Positions 44,924 to 47,493 of a stretch of DNA of 47,493 bases are shown here, piece by piece. Within the stretch, counting starts at the first letter, position 1, and each line of letters begins with the position of its first letter. Both the position numbers and the translations under genes were made by a program. The stretch is from a virus. Location: the IMG/VR virus record IMGVR_UViG_3300039412_000320, one strand, 5' to 3'. The notes under the pieces were generated by a model. It did no database searches. It was given only the letters and a program-made list of their open reading frames with translations, and was not told the origin of the DNA.

Positions 44924-45751
44924 CGTTTCGACTTTCCATTTCCGCCTCCGCCGCCGCAACATAGCCTCCGATAAGGCACGGGATGACAGGTATGACTGTG
45001 TTCCCGAGGGCGTGAGTTTGCTCCAGCCACGTGGAATTCCCAAAAAATCTTCGCACAATTCCATCGTAGGTTCGAGCGTAGGATTCTGAATCACCGCTCT
45101 CACCGCAAGTTCTTGTGCCCAGTTCATGCTTCGCTCGTGCCCATCTTCGCTGCGCTTCCGCAATCTCCCGGATTTGAGTTGGAAAAAGTCTTGCGGCCTC
45201 CACTCCGGGAGCGGGAACATAATCGCTGTCGGGGTCGTGGCGGTGGGCAAGCACAAAGACCCGTTGCCTCTTATGTGGTGCTCCGCAATCCGAAGCTCCC
45301 ACCACGAGCGGCACCCTTTCGTAACCCTCCGCTTCCAAATCGGCGAGGACGGTATCCCCATCGTCTCTAAGCATGAGCCTAACCACATTCTCAACCAGAA
45401 CCCAAGCAGGTCTGAGTTCATGGATGATGCGACGGAAATGGAACCATAGGCCGCTGCGGTCGGTGGGGCTATCGGGAGTTCCGAGTCCTTCCAGTTTTCC
45501 AGCTTCGGAGATATTCTGGCAAGGAAATCCTCCGCTGATAAGGGTAACAGGTTCAAGATTGTGTCGTCCACAAGACCTCACATCGCTGAACTTTTGAGTA
45601 ACCGGCCAATGCTCCCGGAGCAGAGCTTGGCAGTACTCGTTATTCTCCACCTGCCAAACCGTTTTCCATCCCGCCAACTCCAACCCGTAATCCATCATAC
45701 CAGTCAAATGCCTGAGAAGAGGGACCCGTGGGTCAATATTTTCTCAGGCAT
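44910..45751 (-). pseudogene. DNA (cytosine-5)-methyltransferase with an apparent frameshift in motif I
   Basis: A strong SD (AAGGAGGTG) precedes the ATG at 45751. Translation gives MPEKILTHGSLFSGI (motif I, FxGxG, interrupted) and then hits TGA. In the -1 frame the protein continues LTGMMDYGLELAG...GGFPCQNIS (motif IV), ENV (motif VI), QRRQRVF (motif VIII) and GNTV (motif X). Confidence 0.55.
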
Positions 45752-45784
45752 TTGGCACCTCCTTATCGGTCGTAGTCATCAGCA

Positions 45785-46597
45785 TTATTTCTTAGGGAGG
45801 TTGGGAGATGCTCCCTCAGCGCCGAAAACTGTAGCGGGCGGGGCGTCCGGGTCGGCCCTATACCATTTGTATTTTCCCGTAGCAAGCTGCTCTTGAAATT
45901 TGATGAGTCGGGATACTGGCATGGCTATCATGGTAGTCTCGGCAATTGACCCGACAACGAAAGCGCATATGGCGTGTTGCTCTACGCACACCACTGACGA
46001 GCCACTGGAACCACCATTTACTCCAAACTCCTGCAACAAAACCGTTCCCGTCCATTGGATATCATCCTCCGTTACCGGACGGTCCAAAATGGGACTGCTT
46101 ACGGAGCCGAGGAATACCTGCTTACCCAGTCCGAGCGGACCTCCCACGTTGATTATGCTATCGAGAAGCTTTGGGTCTTTGCCAAGTGGAATGACTGGAA
46201 AGGGTATCGTTTTGTCGATGGTAAGGAGGAAAAAATCATCTCCCTTGGTTCGGTAACCGCAACCCTTCACCGTCGCCTTCAAGTAGATTTTATTTCCGGG
46301 AGAATCGGGACTTATGAAAAAGAATCCCTTCTCAGGCGTGACGATATTTTTTGATGGGTCATCTTTGCAACCGCAGTGAGCAGCGGTGACCACCGTATAG
46401 GTTTTGTCATCCTGCCCGATGGTAGTAGCGGTGCAGCGCATATCCATAGCGCCCTCGGCGGTCTGAATGTACAACAGCGATGTGGCGGGCCACAAGGTTT
46501 TGTTGACATAGGTTTTTTCTACTTCCGGTAACTGAGCCATCCCCAATCCAGCAAAAAGCAGAATGACCATCAGTACTCTCAAAATTGTACTTTTCAT
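45785..46597 (-). CDS. secreted trypsin-like (S1 family) serine protease
   Basis: It has the signal peptide MKSTILRVLMVILLFAGLGMA. The catalytic His lies in TAAHC, the Asp in DDFFLL and the Ser in GGSSGS. An SD (AAGGAGGGTA) precedes the start. Confidence 0.7.
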   Translation of the reverse strand: MKSTILRVLMVILLFAGLGMAQLPEVEKTYVNKTLWPATSLLYIQTAEGAMDMRCTATTIGQDDKTYTVVTAAHCGCKDDPSKNIVTPEKGFFFISPDSPGNKIYLKATVKGCGYRTKGDDFFLLTIDKTIPFPVIPLGKDPKLLDSIINVGGPLGLGKQVFLGSVSSPILDRPVTEDDIQWTGTVLLQEFGVNGGSSGSSVVCVEQHAICAFVVGSIAETTMIAMPVSRLIKFQEQLATGKYKWYRADPDAPPATVFGAEGASPNLPKK

Positions 46598-46680
46598 CTT
46601 ACCCTCCTTGAATTCATTCCTGCCACTATGTCGTCCTATTAGGGCTGTTGATAGTCAAAAAATCAACAACCAAGTTAGAT

Positions 46681-46869
46681 TCACTTCACCCTCTTGATGG
46701 TAAAAGAGTTATTGCCGTGAAGGTGAATAAAAGCGGGGAATTGCTTGCGGACGTAATCCTTCGCCTGCTTCATCCTCACGCAGTCCACGAGGCAGTGATA
46801 GCCCCCGATATTCACCCGGAACGTGCTGAATGTCTTTCCATCGGCCTTTTTCGTCTTCCAACCTTTCAT
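46681..46869 (-). CDS. small hypothetical protein, about 62 aa
   Basis: The ATG at 46869 sits behind SD AGGAGGAATC. Confidence 0.35.
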   Translation of the reverse strand: MKGWKTKKADGKTFSTFRVNIGGYHCLVDCVRMKQAKDYVRKQFPAFIHLHGNNSFTIKRVK

Positions 46870-46877
46870 GATTCCTC

Positions 46878-47493
46878 CTAAGACCTTCTTGCAAAGACTT
46901 GTCCTAATTCCCATCCATTAGTAAGAAAAGAATCAAGGTTTTCATATTTAACCCTAACCTCTTTTCCATTTTTGTTAATCCACTTCAAACCCTTTCTTGA
47001 ACAACCACAGCTTTTAGCATTGCCGGTCATTAGGGTATTAGTTTTAACAACCGTGTGGTTGCCGCAACTACATAGACAATCCCATAGTCGTTGTTGTCTC
47101 TTATTCCTTCCCGCCTCACATTGGACAACCAATTTACCGAAAACCTTTCCAACCATATCTAGTTTAGCCCAACGTTTTTGTCCGGCTTCACTAATCAAGC
47201 AACCACAACTTTTGATGGAACCAGCCGTCAGCGGGTTTGTTCTTATGATTGTATGATTACCACAATCACATCGGCAGTCCCACAGCTTCTTTCCTTTGTC
47301 ATCTCTTCCATGCTCAGACTGTACCGTCAACTTGCCAAATGTTTGCCCCACTAAACTTCGTCGAATCCAATATGCTCTATTAGCAGCGAGAAACTTCTCT
47401 TTTTCTTTAGAAGAAAGTGGTCCTGTTCTCCCCTCCCCACCCCGGCATATATTGTACCCATACTCGGGCTCCTGCGACCGCAGGAACTTGATG
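46878..47493 (-). CDS. Partial CDS running off the right edge. The C-terminal half is a Cys-repeat DNA-binding module; the upstream part is a GIY-YIG endonuclease domain, so this is probably a GIY-YIG homing endonuclease.
   Basis: The frame is open from 46878 to the window end. The translation near the edge, ..SQEPEYGYNICRGGEGRTGP.., matches the catalytic-domain segment of the GIY-YIG paralogs at 13888 and 30648. It is followed by two FGKLxV...W.C.C.CG...SCGC repeats. The track's M is a GTG. Confidence 0.65.
   Translation of the reverse strand, partial: IKFLRSQEPEYGYNICRGGEGRTGPLSSKEKEKFLAANRAYWIRRSLVGQTFGKLTVQSEHGRDDKGKKLWDCRCDCGNHTIIRTNPLTAGSIKSCGCLISEAGQKRWAKLDMVGKVFGKLVVQCEAGRNKRQQRLWDCLCSCGNHTVVKTNTLMTGNAKSCGCSRKGLKWINKNGKEVRVKYENLDSFLTNGWELGQVFARRS

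Noticed and set aside
44897-45571. A 224-aa minus ORF.
   Set aside because: It is an alternative frame inside the methyltransferase region, and only the methyltransferase frame shows motifs IV, VI, VIII and X.
45700-45712. A programmed frameshift of the prfB type (ATT TGA C) rescuing the methyltransferase.
   Set aside because: A +1 shift gives a frame without methyltransferase motifs. The motif-bearing frame needs -1 or +2, and there is no slippery heptamer. Treated as a mutation or sequencing error.

Overview
This 47.5-kb window looks like a segment of a large virulent dsDNA phage genome. I call about 70 tightly packed genes, many with ATGA, TAATG or GTGA stop/start overlaps. There is no rRNA, canonical tRNA or CRISPR array. 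Gene orientation falls into three blocks. From 1 to 30.2 kb almost every gene is on the minus strand. From 30.3 to 42.8 kb there is a plus-strand block of large hypothetical, probably virion-associated, proteins. From 42.7 to 47.5 kb the genes are mostly minus again.

Recognisable functions are:
- a T4-style tRNA-repair pair (bifunctional polynucleotide kinase/phosphatase plus an Rnl1-like RNA ligase);
- an SNF2-family helicase;
- an SbcD/Mre11-like nuclease, an MmcB-like PD-(D/E)XK nuclease and two further metallophosphoesterases;
- a nucleoside 2-deoxyribosyltransferase-like enzyme and a HAD 5'(3')-deoxyribonucleotidase-like enzyme;
- a peptide deformylase;
- a C5 cytosine methyltransferase that appears frameshifted inside motif I;
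- a secreted trypsin-like serine protease;
- a very acidic 86-aa protein that could be a DNA mimic.

The window carries an unusually heavy load of homing-endonuclease genes: 5 GIY-YIG and about 9 HNH or EndoVII-like ORFs, several sitting in AT-rich islands. A nuclease-less HTH protein and a nuclease-less Cys-repeat module also occur.

A conserved promoter-like element, CGTGGTATACTGT(A/C)AG(T)GGAGG, recurs six times directly upstream of gene starts, five times in minus orientation and once in plus. A 370-bp ORF-free structured region with tRNA-like pieces lies at 21785..22154.

All calls come from reading the sequence and from motif recognition. No database search was possible.
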